Numbered from the stretch's first letter, positions 1 through 13,275 are shown. The stretch: DNA of 39,161 nt from Patescibacteria group bacterium (GCA_018971265.1 JAGXBE010000002.1:1-39161); one strand, 5' to 3'. Numbers and translations: made by a program. The notes: generated from the sequence alone by a model not told the origin.

Positions 1-1
1 T

Positions 2-724
2 TCCAGCGAGCCGGTCGCCTACGTTATCGGCTGGCAGCCGTTTCTCGGCTTGAAAATCCATCTCGACTCGCGGCCGCTCATTCCCCGCCCCGAAACGGAG
101 TGGTGGGTCGAGCAGTTCATGAGCACAATTTCTGGGACTCTGCGCAGGTCGACGGGCCGAGCAGGAGGAACATTTTCAGCAGGAAATGATTCCGTGCCCG
201 GAAATCGTGCTCATGAACTGCGATTCCTCGACCTCTGCGCGGGCTCGGGCGCCATCGGCTGCGCGGCGCTCGCGCGACTGCCGGACGCTCAAGTGTATTT
301 CGGCGAGATTGACGAGATGCATGAGCAGACAATACAAAAAAATATCCATGGGAACGGGCTTGCTGCCGGTCGCGCGGACATTCGCATCGGTGACCTTTTT
401 GCTCCTTTCGGTGACATGAAATTCGATGTTATCGCCGCGAACCCGCCTTATGTTCCTGAAAACCGCGTACTTCCCGAAAGTGTTGCCGGCTATGAAAGCG
501 CGCTTGCGCTCCGCGCGGGCGCGGATGGTCTCTCACTCATCAGTCGTATTGCGGAGGAGTTGCCGCGGCGCCTTGCTCCGGACGGGGTCGCATGGGTCGA
601 ATGCGACAGCGCGCACGCGGAGGCGGCGGGTGCGCTCTTTAAGGCGCAGGGATTTGCCGCCGAAGTACGCACCGACCAGTACGGTGCCGCGCGCCTTATT
701 GTCGTCTCGTTTTTAAAATCATAG
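2..724 (+). CDS. prmC: Release-factor glutamine N5-methyltransferase (PrmC/HemK family), 5' end cut by window edge
   Basis: The frame is open from nt 2 (SSEPVAYVIGWQPFLG precedes the listed TTG at 50), so the true start lies upstream of the window. It has the SAM-binding motif LDLCAGSGAIG and the catalytic NPPYV motif. TAG stop at 722-724. A ~25-aa Gly/Ser/Arg-rich insertion sits before the SAM motif. Confidence 0.85.
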   Translation, partial: SSEPVAYVIGWQPFLGLKIHLDSRPLIPRPETEWWVEQFMSTISGTLRRSTGRAGGTFSAGNDSVPGNRAHELRFLDLCAGSGAIGCAALARLPDAQVYFGEIDEMHEQTIQKNIHGNGLAAGRADIRIGDLFAPFGDMKFDVIAANPPYVPENRVLPESVAGYESALALRAGADGLSLISRIAEELPRRLAPDGVAWVECDSAHAEAAGALFKAQGFAAEVRTDQYGAARLIVVSFLKS

Positions 725-867
725 CGGAGCGGTATCTGATGCCCGGCACACGAAAATGGCATTAAATTATTAAGCCAGGCCATTTCGAGGACGTACTTTA
801 CCTTGCCATTTGCGTGATAAGGAACCGTAGAGATGGCGCCATGCGCGATGCCGTTTCGTGTGACGGG

Positions 868-876
868 TGATACAAT
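868..876 (+). promoter_or_regulatory. Extended -10 box TGaTACAAT, 7 nt upstream of the hisS ATG (leaderless candidate)
   Basis: tgatacaat lies at 868-876, followed by 7 nt (tcgggca) and ATG 884. There is no Shine-Dalgarno sequence in between. The same TGnTAnnnT box recurs before rpmF, rnhB, dnaE, rpsP, nusB and rpoB. Confidence 0.35.
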
Positions 877-883
877 CGGGCAT

Positions 884-2152
884 ATGCCTGAGCCACTTTC
901 GACCGATCCGTATAAAGGTGTCCGCGACTTTTATCCCGACGACCTTGCGCAGAAAGAGGCGCTTTTTGCGCGTGTTCGGCAAACGCTCGCGCTCCATGGC
1001 TATGAGGAGTATGATGCGTCGCCTCTTGAGCGTACCGAGCTTTATGAAGCGAAAACTTCGGAAGAAATCGTAAACGAGCAGACCTATACCTTTATCGACC
1101 GCGGCGCGAGAAATGTGACGCTCCGTCCAGAAATGACACCCACCCTCGCGCGGATGGTAGCCGGCAAGCGACGAGAGCTCGCGTTCCCTTTACGCTGGTT
1201 TTCCATCGGGAACCGTTTTCGATATGAGCGTCCGCAAAAAGGCCGTCTGCGCGAATTTTATCAGGCAGACGTCGACCTTATCGGGCTCCCTGAGGGAGAA
1301 GCGGATATCGAAATAGTCGCGCTCGCGGCACGCATTCTGCGGGACTTCGGCGCCTCCGAGGGCGACTTCGTAATCCGCATGAGTGCGCGGCCGCTTCTCA
1401 ACGCCGCATGCGCGGCCGCCGGACTCAAGGGTGAGGCGGTTCGCCAATATCTGCGCCTTCTCGACAAGAAATCGAAAATGACTCCCGAATCTTTCGAGAT
1501 TGCGTTGAATGCGCTTACGTTGAAAAATCCGCTCGATCTCATCGAAAATGCCGGTGCGGCGCCGGAAGTGGCACTCGAAAAACGCAGACTCCTTGACCGT
1601 ATTGAGGTATTAAAGGCGCGCGGCGTGAGCGGTGTCGTCCTCGACCCGTCGATTACGCGCGGTTTTGATTATTACACCGGTATGGTCTTTGAGGTGTATG
1701 ACACCAACCCCGCGAACGCACGGGCGCTTTTCGGCGGCGGACGCTACGACCGGCTCATTGCCCTCTTCGGCGGCGATCCAGTTCCGGCGGTCGGCTTCGC
1801 GCTCGGCGACATCACTCTCGCGGACTTTATCGAAACGCATGCGCTTTCGCCGAGACATGACTTCGGCAAGCCGCAGCTCTATCTCGGCACGCCAAACCCA
1901 AGCGATATAGCCGCCGCGCAGGCATTTGCCGACACGCTGCGCAAAGAGGGCGGGCGTGTTTTCGTCAACCTGACCGATCGAACTCTCGGCGATCAGATAA
2001 AAGAAGCGGTGAAGCGCGGCATTCCGCTCTTTGTCGCATACGGTGCGGACGAAATCGCCAATAATACCGTCCGCATGAAGATACTCGCCACCGGCGAAGA
2101 AGCCGGCCTCCCCGTTTCCGAGCTTCCCGTTCGTCTTCGCGCTGGAAGCTGA
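884..2152 (+). CDS. hisS: Histidine--tRNA ligase (class IIa)
   Basis: ORF 833-2152 carries HisRS/class II hallmarks: LRPEMTP, FRYERPQKGRLREFYQ (motif 2 region), GGGRYD (motif 3) and a C-terminal anticodon-binding-like domain. I place the start at ATG 884 because MPEPLSTDPYKGVRDFYP looks like a HisRS N-terminus. In-frame ATG 833, with AGGA 9 nt upstream, is the alternative. Confidence 0.9.
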   Translation: MPEPLSTDPYKGVRDFYPDDLAQKEALFARVRQTLALHGYEEYDASPLERTELYEAKTSEEIVNEQTYTFIDRGARNVTLRPEMTPTLARMVAGKRRELAFPLRWFSIGNRFRYERPQKGRLREFYQADVDLIGLPEGEADIEIVALAARILRDFGASEGDFVIRMSARPLLNAACAAAGLKGEAVRQYLRLLDKKSKMTPESFEIALNALTLKNPLDLIENAGAAPEVALEKRRLLDRIEVLKARGVSGVVLDPSITRGFDYYTGMVFEVYDTNPANARALFGGGRYDRLIALFGGDPVPAVGFALGDITLADFIETHALSPRHDFGKPQLYLGTPNPSDIAAAQAFADTLRKEGGRVFVNLTDRTLGDQIKEAVKRGIPLFVAYGADEIANNTVRMKILATGEEAGLPVSELPVRLRAGS

Positions 2153-2157
2153 ACGAT

Positions 2158-2739
2158 ATGCGTGCCATCACCTTCGATATTGAATCCGTTTCCGATTCTG
2201 CGGTGCGCGGTCACGTCGACATACACGAGCAGGAACTCACGGTCGTTGGCATACACGACTCGGCAAGCGGCGAGTACTCTTCCTATACGAAGGAGGAGCT
2301 TCCTCGGCTCTGGCCAATTCTTGAACACGCCGACCTGCTCATCGGCTTTAATTCCAATACGTTCGATATTCCGCTTCTCAATCGCTACTATCCGGGCGAT
2401 CTCCTGCACTTGCGCTCGCTTGACTTGCTCACCGAGGTCCAAAAGGTGCTGGGCCGGCGCGTCCGACTCCAGTCTCTTGCCGAGGCGACGCTCGGGCATG
2501 GCAAATCAGGTACCGGGCTCGAGGCGGTCGAGTGGTGGCGAGAAGGAAAATACGACCTCGTGCGCAAATACTGCATCGAGGACGTTCGGCTCACGCGCGA
2601 GCTCTATGAATATGCATTGGCGCACGGCGTTTTGAAATACAAAGACCTGCGCGACATCCGCGATATAAAGATCGATACGTCTCTCTGGAATCATGTCCCG
2701 GCTACCGGACCGGCGATGACTCACACCCTTCCCCTGTGA
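2158..2739 (+). CDS. Stand-alone DEDDy 3'-5' exonuclease (RNase H fold, PolB-exo/YprB-like)
   Basis: Motifs are FDIES (Exo I), GFNSNTFDIPLL (Exo II) and KYCIEDVRL (Exo III, Y-x3-D). The gene starts 5 nt after the hisS stop. Confidence 0.75.
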   Translation: MRAITFDIESVSDSAVRGHVDIHEQELTVVGIHDSASGEYSSYTKEELPRLWPILEHADLLIGFNSNTFDIPLLNRYYPGDLLHLRSLDLLTEVQKVLGRRVRLQSLAEATLGHGKSGTGLEAVEWWREGKYDLVRKYCIEDVRLTRELYEYALAHGVLKYKDLRDIRDIKIDTSLWNHVPATGPAMTHTLPL

Positions 2740-3410
2740 AATCCTCTTCCGTACTTCCCCTTGCGATAGTACTCGGCGGCATGATTATCGCCGGCGCGGT
2801 GTATCTCTCAATAGTACAGAAAAGATCTCAAGCGACCATTGATACCGGAAACGCCGCGTTGGTACGGCCTGTAAGCGTGAACGACCACATTCTCGGAAAC
2901 CCCGCTGCAAGCGTTTTGATTGTCGAGTATACCGACTTCGACTGCGAGTTCTGCAAAAGTTTCGATGAGACGCTCCGCCAGATCATCGCAAACGAAGGCG
3001 CGGATGGCAGGGTTAGTTGGGTTCTCCGCGAGTTTCCGCTTACCGAGATTCATCCGAACGCCATGAAACACGCCCGTGCAGCCGAATGTGTCGCGAAGAC
3101 CGCGGGCAATGACGCATTCTGGAAGTTCACGCATTCCCTTTTTGCGAATCAGCCGGTTAATCCCTTGGATTACGGCGCACTCGCCGAAGCAGCCGGTGTC
3201 CAGGGAGACGCATTCGCCGCGTGCTATAGCAACGCTGCGGCGAACGTAGACGCGCGTATTGACGCAGATCGTCAAAATGCATTCGCCATCGGTGCGCGTG
3301 GCACACCGTATTCACTCATTCTCGTGGCCGGTGCGGCACCCGTTGTCATGGACGGCGCTTATTCCTATGATGCAGTCAAGTCGCTTGTTGACCAGGCGCT
3401 CGCGCATTAG
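2736..3410 (+). CDS. Membrane-anchored DsbA/BdbD-like thiol:disulfide oxidoreductase
   Basis: It has an N-terminal TM helix (LPLAIVLGGMIIAGAVYLSIV) and a thioredoxin-fold CxxC site in YTDFDCEFCKSF. The GTG start overlaps the upstream TGA (gtga, 2736-2739). Confidence 0.8.
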   Translation: MKSSSVLPLAIVLGGMIIAGAVYLSIVQKRSQATIDTGNAALVRPVSVNDHILGNPAASVLIVEYTDFDCEFCKSFDETLRQIIANEGADGRVSWVLREFPLTEIHPNAMKHARAAECVAKTAGNDAFWKFTHSLFANQPVNPLDYGALAEAAGVQGDAFAACYSNAAANVDARIDADRQNAFAIGARGTPYSLILVAGAAPVVMDGAYSYDAVKSLVDQALAH

Positions 3411-3435
3411 GATCCGGCACGTTCCGGCAGGCGGA

Positions 3436-6348
3436 CTAGTCTTTGCGTAAGAAGCCGACGAGATCGCAATAGTCGCAGGCAGCACTATCGCACGGCACGG
3501 CAAATGCGGAACCGTCGGCAATCGCTTGCGCCGCCTTCATAAGCTCCTTTTCGAGCGCCGCGACTTCGGCATCCGTTATGTCAAAGCGACGGATAATGAT
3601 ATCTCCCTTTTCATTCGGTTCGACAAAGTGCAGCGCACCCTCGCTCATGCGGTACCGCCCGTCTTTTTCGAGAAGGAGTTTGTAGAAGACGAGCTGGCGA
3701 TAATATCCGCCGTCGCCCGACCTGGTGAGTCCTCTAATATCGTTTTCGCTTCTTGCTTTGCCGGTCTTATAGTCAATGACCAGGACCGTGCCGTCTTTCC
3801 GTATATCGAGCCGGTCGAGCTTCCCGGTAAGCGGTACCGCACCAACTCCGGGCACCTCAAGCGATACCTTCACTGAGAATTCCGATTCGCGTGTGTCTTT
3901 CATTGATGCGCTTTCTTTTGCAAGATATGCGTGAAGCGACTTTGCACCAGTTTCTGCAAACGCATCCCTATCGAACGGGGCAAGCGGCATTCGCGCAAGC
4001 ACGGCATGGAAAGCGGAGAGTGCGTCTTCTATCCGCGCTTCGCCTGCTTTCACCTTGTCGGCATAAGATTTCAAGCCCGCATGTATGGCGGTGCCAAAAA
4101 GCATTGGGAGCGTCGGCGCATCCGGAAGCCGCAGGAGCGTGCGGAAATAATATTGCCAGGGCGATGCGACGTAATTATTGAAGCCGGTTGGCGAAAAACC
4201 GCGATCAAGCAGGCGCTCCCTGAGGAAAACGGGATCGAGTATGGTGCGCGCCTCATACGGCATGACGGCAGGCGCAGGCGGCGGGAATTCCGCCCTCGTC
4301 AGATGCCGTGCCAGATCGGCAATGAACCGGAGCGGCGTCTGCGCGCGGTCTTCTTCGGTTGTTTCCGAGCGGGTAATGAGCACGCCGTCTCTGGCGCGCG
4401 TGAGCGCCACGTAGAGCAGACGTCGCGCATCGTGTTCGTCGTCCTCTTTCTCGAGCAGGAGAGAAAATTCTTCCAACTTGCCACTGAACCACTTCTCATC
4501 GCTTGCGTGCGCGATGATAACCTGCGGAAACTCGAGTCCTTTCGCACCGTGCACGGTCATGAGGCGAACGCCCGCATGCCTCGTGCGCGGACGGCGTATC
4601 TTGAGTTCGTGCTTCTCGATGCGGGCGAGGTACGCGAGAAAATCAAGCGCCGTCGCGCTCGGGTCATTTCCCGCAAGAAGCGCCGCTTCGTCCATGAGGC
4701 CTTGATACGCCTCGTATGCGTCCTCGCTTTCTTTCAAGGAAAGTACGCCGCGCTCAAACCCGCTCTCGCGGGCGAGCCGCGTGAGCCACGGAATGAGCGG
4801 TGTCGCGGGCATCTCCTCTGCAAGCTTCTCGAGCCGTCGCACCCATACGCGCATTTCGCTCGTTCCTTTTTTCGCGAATGCGCTGATGAGCGGTTTCCCT
4901 TCGCGCGGCAAGGCGAGAAGTTGCATGCGCTCAGCAAGCGTACCCGGCATGCCCGGCATAAAAAGCGCCTGCGCAAACGGAACATCCTGTGAAAGGTCGG
5001 CGACGGCACGGATGAGCGCTCTGAAAAGAACCACTGTCGGATGCGCAAGAGCGCTTATCTCCGCACTCGCGTGATCTTCGGGAAGATTTGCGCTTCGCAG
5101 CGCATCGGCAAGTGCGAGTACGTCCGCATTTTTCTTCGTCAGGATGGCTATGTCCTCGTACGGCACGCCCGATCCGTGGAGCTGTTCGATATATGCACGT
5201 ATAGTTTCCCTTTCTTCACGCGGTGTGCCGCACACCACTTCTCTCACCTGCCCTCCTGTGCCGCGCACGGCGACAAGCGGCGGGCGCGACTCCGAGAGCA
5301 GTGCAGGGGCGGGGGCGATGAGGTCGTGTGCGGCTGCGAGTATCTTCTCGGTCGAACGATAGTTTTCATCGAGCGAAATGACCTTTGCTTTGGGATATTT
5401 TTCCTTAATGGAGAAAAATGAAGCGAGTGATGCACCCTGGAAACGGTAGATTGCCTGTTTTTCGTCGCCAACGATGAAGAGATTCGGGACGCCATCAAAG
5501 TCGGTTATAAGCTCGAGCAGGCGATTCTGAGCCGGATTCGCGTCCTGGTGCTCATCCGCGAGCACAAATTGCGAGCGTTCACCCACTTCCGCGCGGAACC
5601 CCTCGTCCTTTTCGAGCCCGCGCACGGCCTCGTTGATAAGATCTTCGTAATCATAGAGCGACTCGCGCTCAAGCGCTTCTTGGTATGCGGCAAAGAGCTG
5701 TGCGACTTCGATATGTTTCTCCAGACGTTCGCGGCGGCGCAGGTACTCCCCTTTCTCTTTCCCCTCATACGTTCCGCCTGCGTGGATGCGGTCGGGGTCG
5801 GCGAGCAGGAGCTCGTGCGCGCTCGTAAGCTCGGACAAGTACTGTTCGGGCGTGTAATGCTCCTGTTTCAGTTTGCCCATGAAAGCAAGAAGGTCTTTTG
5901 CGGCACGATGAGGATTCTTCGGGTTGCGTATCCTCGTGTATGACCCCCCGTCAAGCAATTCCTCCATGAGCGTAACGCCTGCTACTTCCGAGAGGTGGGT
6001 GCCGAGCGCAATGCGCGGAAAGAGATCACTTCGCAACTCGAGTATTGAGCGGGCAAAGCCGTGGAATGTATGGATGCGGACACGGTACGCAGCGGGACCA
6101 ATGAAGCGCGCAAGCCGCGTGCGCAGCGTCGCTACCGCGCTTTCGGTAAACGTAAGCGCAAGAATCTCATCGGGTTTTGCGTCACCGGCCTTGAGCAGGA
6201 TGTTTCCTATCCGAAGCGCAAGCATTTGTGTCTTGCCCGTTCCCGGACCGGCCACGACCATCACGGGACCATAGATGGTATCGACCGCCTCTTTCTGCTT
6301 CGCGTTCAGTTTTTTATACGCTTCTTCGAATGCTTCTGTGGTCGCCAT
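3436..6348 (-). CDS. UvrD/PcrA-type SF1 helicase fused to a C-terminal RecB-family PD-(D/E)XK nuclease (AddA/AdnB-like)
   Basis: Helicase motifs: GPGTGKT (Walker A), LTFTESA, ADEHQD (motif II), GDEKQAIYRFQGA (III), ENYRS (IV), TVHGAKGLEFPQV (V), YVALTRARD (VI). Nuclease motifs: GKLDRLD...VIDYKTGK and YYRQLVFYKLL. A terminal Cys cluster reads CDSAACDYC. Confidence 0.85.
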   Translation of the reverse strand: MATTEAFEEAYKKLNAKQKEAVDTIYGPVMVVAGPGTGKTQMLALRIGNILLKAGDAKPDEILALTFTESAVATLRTRLARFIGPAAYRVRIHTFHGFARSILELRSDLFPRIALGTHLSEVAGVTLMEELLDGGSYTRIRNPKNPHRAAKDLLAFMGKLKQEHYTPEQYLSELTSAHELLLADPDRIHAGGTYEGKEKGEYLRRRERLEKHIEVAQLFAAYQEALERESLYDYEDLINEAVRGLEKDEGFRAEVGERSQFVLADEHQDANPAQNRLLELITDFDGVPNLFIVGDEKQAIYRFQGASLASFFSIKEKYPKAKVISLDENYRSTEKILAAAHDLIAPAPALLSESRPPLVAVRGTGGQVREVVCGTPREERETIRAYIEQLHGSGVPYEDIAILTKKNADVLALADALRSANLPEDHASAEISALAHPTVVLFRALIRAVADLSQDVPFAQALFMPGMPGTLAERMQLLALPREGKPLISAFAKKGTSEMRVWVRRLEKLAEEMPATPLIPWLTRLARESGFERGVLSLKESEDAYEAYQGLMDEAALLAGNDPSATALDFLAYLARIEKHELKIRRPRTRHAGVRLMTVHGAKGLEFPQVIIAHASDEKWFSGKLEEFSLLLEKEDDEHDARRLLYVALTRARDGVLITRSETTEEDRAQTPLRFIADLARHLTRAEFPPPAPAVMPYEARTILDPVFLRERLLDRGFSPTGFNNYVASPWQYYFRTLLRLPDAPTLPMLFGTAIHAGLKSYADKVKAGEARIEDALSAFHAVLARMPLAPFDRDAFAETGAKSLHAYLAKESASMKDTRESEFSVKVSLEVPGVGAVPLTGKLDRLDIRKDGTVLVIDYKTGKARSENDIRGLTRSGDGGYYRQLVFYKLLLEKDGRYRMSEGALHFVEPNEKGDIIIRRFDITDAEVAALEKELMKAAQAIADGSAFAVPCDSAACDYCDLVGFLRKD

Positions 6349-6560
6349 ACCTTCAGTCTACCGCGGACCAACGGGCGAGGGTATGTTCTGAAGGGAGACT
6401 CTCGGAGCCGGAGCAGCTGACGCTTCGTCACGCCCAAGGGGGCGCAGGTAATTGCAGCGCCGGAGGGCAGCTGCACCGCAATTTGCGACGGCAGGAGTGA
6501 GCGTATCGCCCGGTTGGGGGCGGCGACGCGTGCTCTCTTCGGGACATATCCGGGCGGACT

Positions 6561-7811
6561 TCAGTACGACTTCAAATGCCGGGCTTTGTCGTGGAAACGG
6601 ATTTTTTCGAGGGCCTTTGCTTCTATTTGGCGAATGCGCTCGCGCGTGACGCCGAACTCCCTACCAACCTCCTCGAGCGTATGGTAGATGCCGTCCATAA
6701 GGCCGTGACGCATCTCAAGAATCTTGCGTTCCTTTGGCGAGAGATCGTTCAAAATGGAGCGTACTTGCTGCGCGAGAATGCGCTCGGAGGATTCCTGTAC
6801 GGGTGAAGGAATTTTGTCGTCGGGAATGAAATCGCCGAGCGTTGACTTCTCGTCATCATCCGAACCGACGGGATTCTCCAAAGAGAGAGTATCCTGATTT
6901 ATCTTTTCTATCTGGTATATTTTTTCCGGTTCGACGCCCATTTCAATAGCTATCTCCTCGGCTTGCGGGTCACGACCGAGTGCCTGCGCGAGCCGGCGCG
7001 AAACCTGCTTGTATTTTGCAATGGTTTCCACCATGTGCACCGGAATACGAATGGTGCGCGACTGGTCGGCAAGCGCGCGCGTAATCGCCTGACGAATCCA
7101 CCAAGTGGCATAGGTCGAAAACTTGTACCCCTTTTTCCAATCAAACTTGTCCACGGCGCGGAAAAGCCCGAGATTGCCTTCTTGAATGAGGTCGAGGAGC
7201 GTGAGATCAGGACTGCGTCCGACATACTTTTTGGCGATGGAGACCACGAGGCGGAGGTTGCTGCGCGCAAGTATGTTCCTTGCCTCTGCGTCGCCTTTCT
7301 CGATACGCTTGGCGAGTTCGCGCTCTTCGGCGGCGATGAGCAGCGGGTATTGGCCGATCTCGCGGAGATAGATCTGGATTGAGTCGTAACCGGTGGAATG
7401 CCGGTCCTTGATGTTGCGTGTTGCAAGATATTCGTCGGCAGTATCTTCGAGCATGCCTCCCTCAAGCACATCGACGCCGGCGATGGCAAAACGCTCATAG
7501 AGCGACTCGAGGAAACTTACGTCATCTTCGACGTGCGGAAATGATTTTAGTATTTCGCTGTACGTAACATAGCCCCGTTCTTTACCCTTCTCGATGAGCT
7601 GCTCCGCTGAAAATGCCTTCTGCGATAGGTTCTTCGTTTTTGCGGCACGCGTCGCCAAACGCAAGACCCGTTTTGTCCGTACCGTCTTACTGCGGTTGGG
7701 GGCTGCCGTACGCAGACGTTTTGCCGGCCTTTTCTTTGCGGACAAGCGCTTCCCCGCCGATTTTTTTACAGCTTTTCGAGTGTTCTTTTTCTTTTTTATG
7801 GAATTCGCCAT
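6561..7811 (-). CDS. rpoD: Primary RNA polymerase sigma-70 factor
   Basis: Region 2 reads [40 protein letters not shown]. Region 4.2 reads [20 protein letters not shown]. The N-terminal tail is Lys/Arg-rich. Confidence 0.95.
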   Translation of the reverse strand: MANSIKKKKNTRKAVKKSAGKRLSAKKRPAKRLRTAAPNRSKTVRTKRVLRLATRAAKTKNLSQKAFSAEQLIEKGKERGYVTYSEILKSFPHVEDDVSFLESLYERFAIAGVDVLEGGMLEDTADEYLATRNIKDRHSTGYDSIQIYLREIGQYPLLIAAEERELAKRIEKGDAEARNILARSNLRLVVSIAKKYVGRSPDLTLLDLIQEGNLGLFRAVDKFDWKKGYKFSTYATWWIRQAITRALADQSRTIRIPVHMVETIAKYKQVSRRLAQALGRDPQAEEIAIEMGVEPEKIYQIEKINQDTLSLENPVGSDDDEKSTLGDFIPDDKIPSPVQESSERILAQQVRSILNDLSPKERKILEMRHGLMDGIYHTLEEVGREFGVTRERIRQIEAKALEKIRFHDKARHLKSY

Positions 7812-7847
7812 GTCGTATATGGTGTCAGTTGGATAACGGTAAGTGAA

Positions 7848-9533
7848 TCAGTGTTCGAGCGCGGCGAGACGTGCGGAAATCCTTGCGCACGCCCTTTGTG
7901 CATTTTCAGCCGCTGCGTAATCTCCGGCGGCCTCCGCCTTGCGCAAATCTGCTACCGACTCTTGATATGCCTCGCGGATTACCGCTTCTTCAAACGCGTG
8001 AAGAAGCTCGTCCGCCGCGTCCTCAAGAGGGTCTTCGCCGAACACTCGCTCTGCCTCAAACAGGGCCGGTTCCGGGAGCACATCAGGCGGCAATTGGTGA
8101 GCTTCAGTAATTCGAAGATACTCCGATTTGACGCGGTTCGCAAGCGGGGTATCGGGGTAGGCGTGGAGAACGGCAAGAAGCATCTGCGACCGCACTTCAT
8201 GGGCGGGACGGGCGGCGGGGGTACGTGGAACGGCTATTCGGGCGGTGCTTGCGGTATCTGCCGTCCTTGGCAGACGGCGGAGCGACTCGCGGACAGCTTC
8301 GTCTGAAAGACCGAGGACGCGGGCGGTGATTTGTACGAAGTGTTCCCGCTCCATGGGGCTCGGTATCGCGGCAAGAAGAGGAAGCACGATGTCTTCGGCA
8401 GCGCGCAGAAGCCGGTGCGAATCGCCCTCTTGAGACGAAAGCGACGAGAGGAAGAATTCGACGACCGGCTTCGCATCTGAAACGGAGCGCAAGAACTCTT
8501 TCGGGTCTTCACTGATAAGGTCCGCCGGATCCTTTCCTTGAGGAAGCTGTGCCGCCTTCACACGTAATCCCGCACGGAGCGCCAGCGCGGCCGATTTCGC
8601 TGTGGCAGAAAGGCCAGCTGCATCTGCATCAAGAACGAGCATGAGATTTTCGCTATAGCGCTTCATGAGAGAAAGGTGGCGCTCGGAGAGCGCAGTCCCC
8701 GAAAGGGCTACGGCATTCTTGAAGCCCGCCTGATGCGCAAGCAGAACGTCCATCTGTCCCTCGACAAGCATCGTAAAGTCGCGTGCGCGTATCGCCTCTT
8801 TCGCCGCGTCCATGCCGAAGAGAATATCGGACTTGTGGTAGAGCTCGGTCTCGGGCGAGTTGAGGTACTTGGCGAGGTCGTCCTCCGCAAGGGCGCGGCC
8901 GGTAAAGGCGACCACGCGGCCGGCGGTGTCGCGTATCGGGAACAGCAGCCGATTGCGGAAACGGTCATAATACGTGCCCGGCTTGCCGTCGGCCTCCTTG
9001 ATAAGCCCGGCGGCGAGGAGCTCCTGGATGGAGAACTCCTCGGCCGTGAGCGCCTCGAGGAGCGTGCGCCAGCCGTCGGGCGCGAAACCGAGCCGCCAAT
9101 TGCGAATCGTGTCTCCAGTGAGGCCGCGCTTCTTCGCATACGCCTCTCCCAGGCTTCCGGGGAACGTGCCCGCGTACCACTCGCTTGCCCGACCCATTGC
9201 TGCGCGAAGTCGCTCGAGGCGGGAGTGATTTTCGCGCGAATCAGCGTTGTACTCCACCGCCACCCCTGCTTTTTCGGCAAGAATTTTCAAAGCACCCTTA
9301 AAGTCGACGCCTTCCACTCTTTCTATGAAGGAGAATCCGTCGCCGCCTTCTCCGCAGCCGAAACAATGCCAGGTACCGCGCTCAGGACTCACGTGGAAAG
9401 AAGGGGTTTTCTCTTTATGGAAGGGGCACAGACCGCGAAGCGACTTCCCCGCTCGCGTGAGCTTCACGTACGGACTCACGATCTCGACGATGGAGAGACG
9501 GTCCTTGATGAGAGCGACCGTATCCTGCGCCAT
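7848..9533 (-). CDS. dnaG: DNA primase
   Basis: It has the zinc ribbon CPFHKEKTPSFHVSPERGTWHCFGCGEGGD and TOPRIM motifs LVEGQMDVL and LVLDADAAG. I place the start at ATG 9533 (MAQDTVALIKDRLSIVEIV), 1 nt after the rpoC stop. The longer ORF to 9602 would overlap rpoC by 68 nt. Confidence 0.9.
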   Translation of the reverse strand: MAQDTVALIKDRLSIVEIVSPYVKLTRAGKSLRGLCPFHKEKTPSFHVSPERGTWHCFGCGEGGDGFSFIERVEGVDFKGALKILAEKAGVAVEYNADSRENHSRLERLRAAMGRASEWYAGTFPGSLGEAYAKKRGLTGDTIRNWRLGFAPDGWRTLLEALTAEEFSIQELLAAGLIKEADGKPGTYYDRFRNRLLFPIRDTAGRVVAFTGRALAEDDLAKYLNSPETELYHKSDILFGMDAAKEAIRARDFTMLVEGQMDVLLAHQAGFKNAVALSGTALSERHLSLMKRYSENLMLVLDADAAGLSATAKSAALALRAGLRVKAAQLPQGKDPADLISEDPKEFLRSVSDAKPVVEFFLSSLSSQEGDSHRLLRAAEDIVLPLLAAIPSPMEREHFVQITARVLGLSDEAVRESLRRLPRTADTASTARIAVPRTPAARPAHEVRSQMLLAVLHAYPDTPLANRVKSEYLRITEAHQLPPDVLPEPALFEAERVFGEDPLEDAADELLHAFEEAVIREAYQESVADLRKAEAAGDYAAAENAQRACARISARLAALEH

Positions 9534-9534
9534 A

Positions 9535-13251
<3,717 letters not shown>

Positions 13252-13275
13252 AGGATTCGAGAAGATTAATAAATG

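Noticed and set aside
3931-4992. 353-aa plus-strand ORF, plus several shorter ones, inside the helicase-nuclease gene
   Set aside because: It is antisense to a gene with a full set of conserved SF1 and nuclease motifs. The translation is Arg/Lys-rich low-complexity, typical of reverse-frame ORFs in GC-rich DNA. No start signals are present.
6349-6560. Possible SRP (4.5S) RNA or tRNA in the rpoD-helicase spacer
   Set aside because: The hairpin at 6450-6483 has a GGAG loop and fully paired flanks. It lacks the GNRA loop with conserved AGCA/GGAA internal loops of SRP helix 8. I found no T-loop (GTTCRANYC) or cloverleaf on either strand. I keep it only as a generic structured region.
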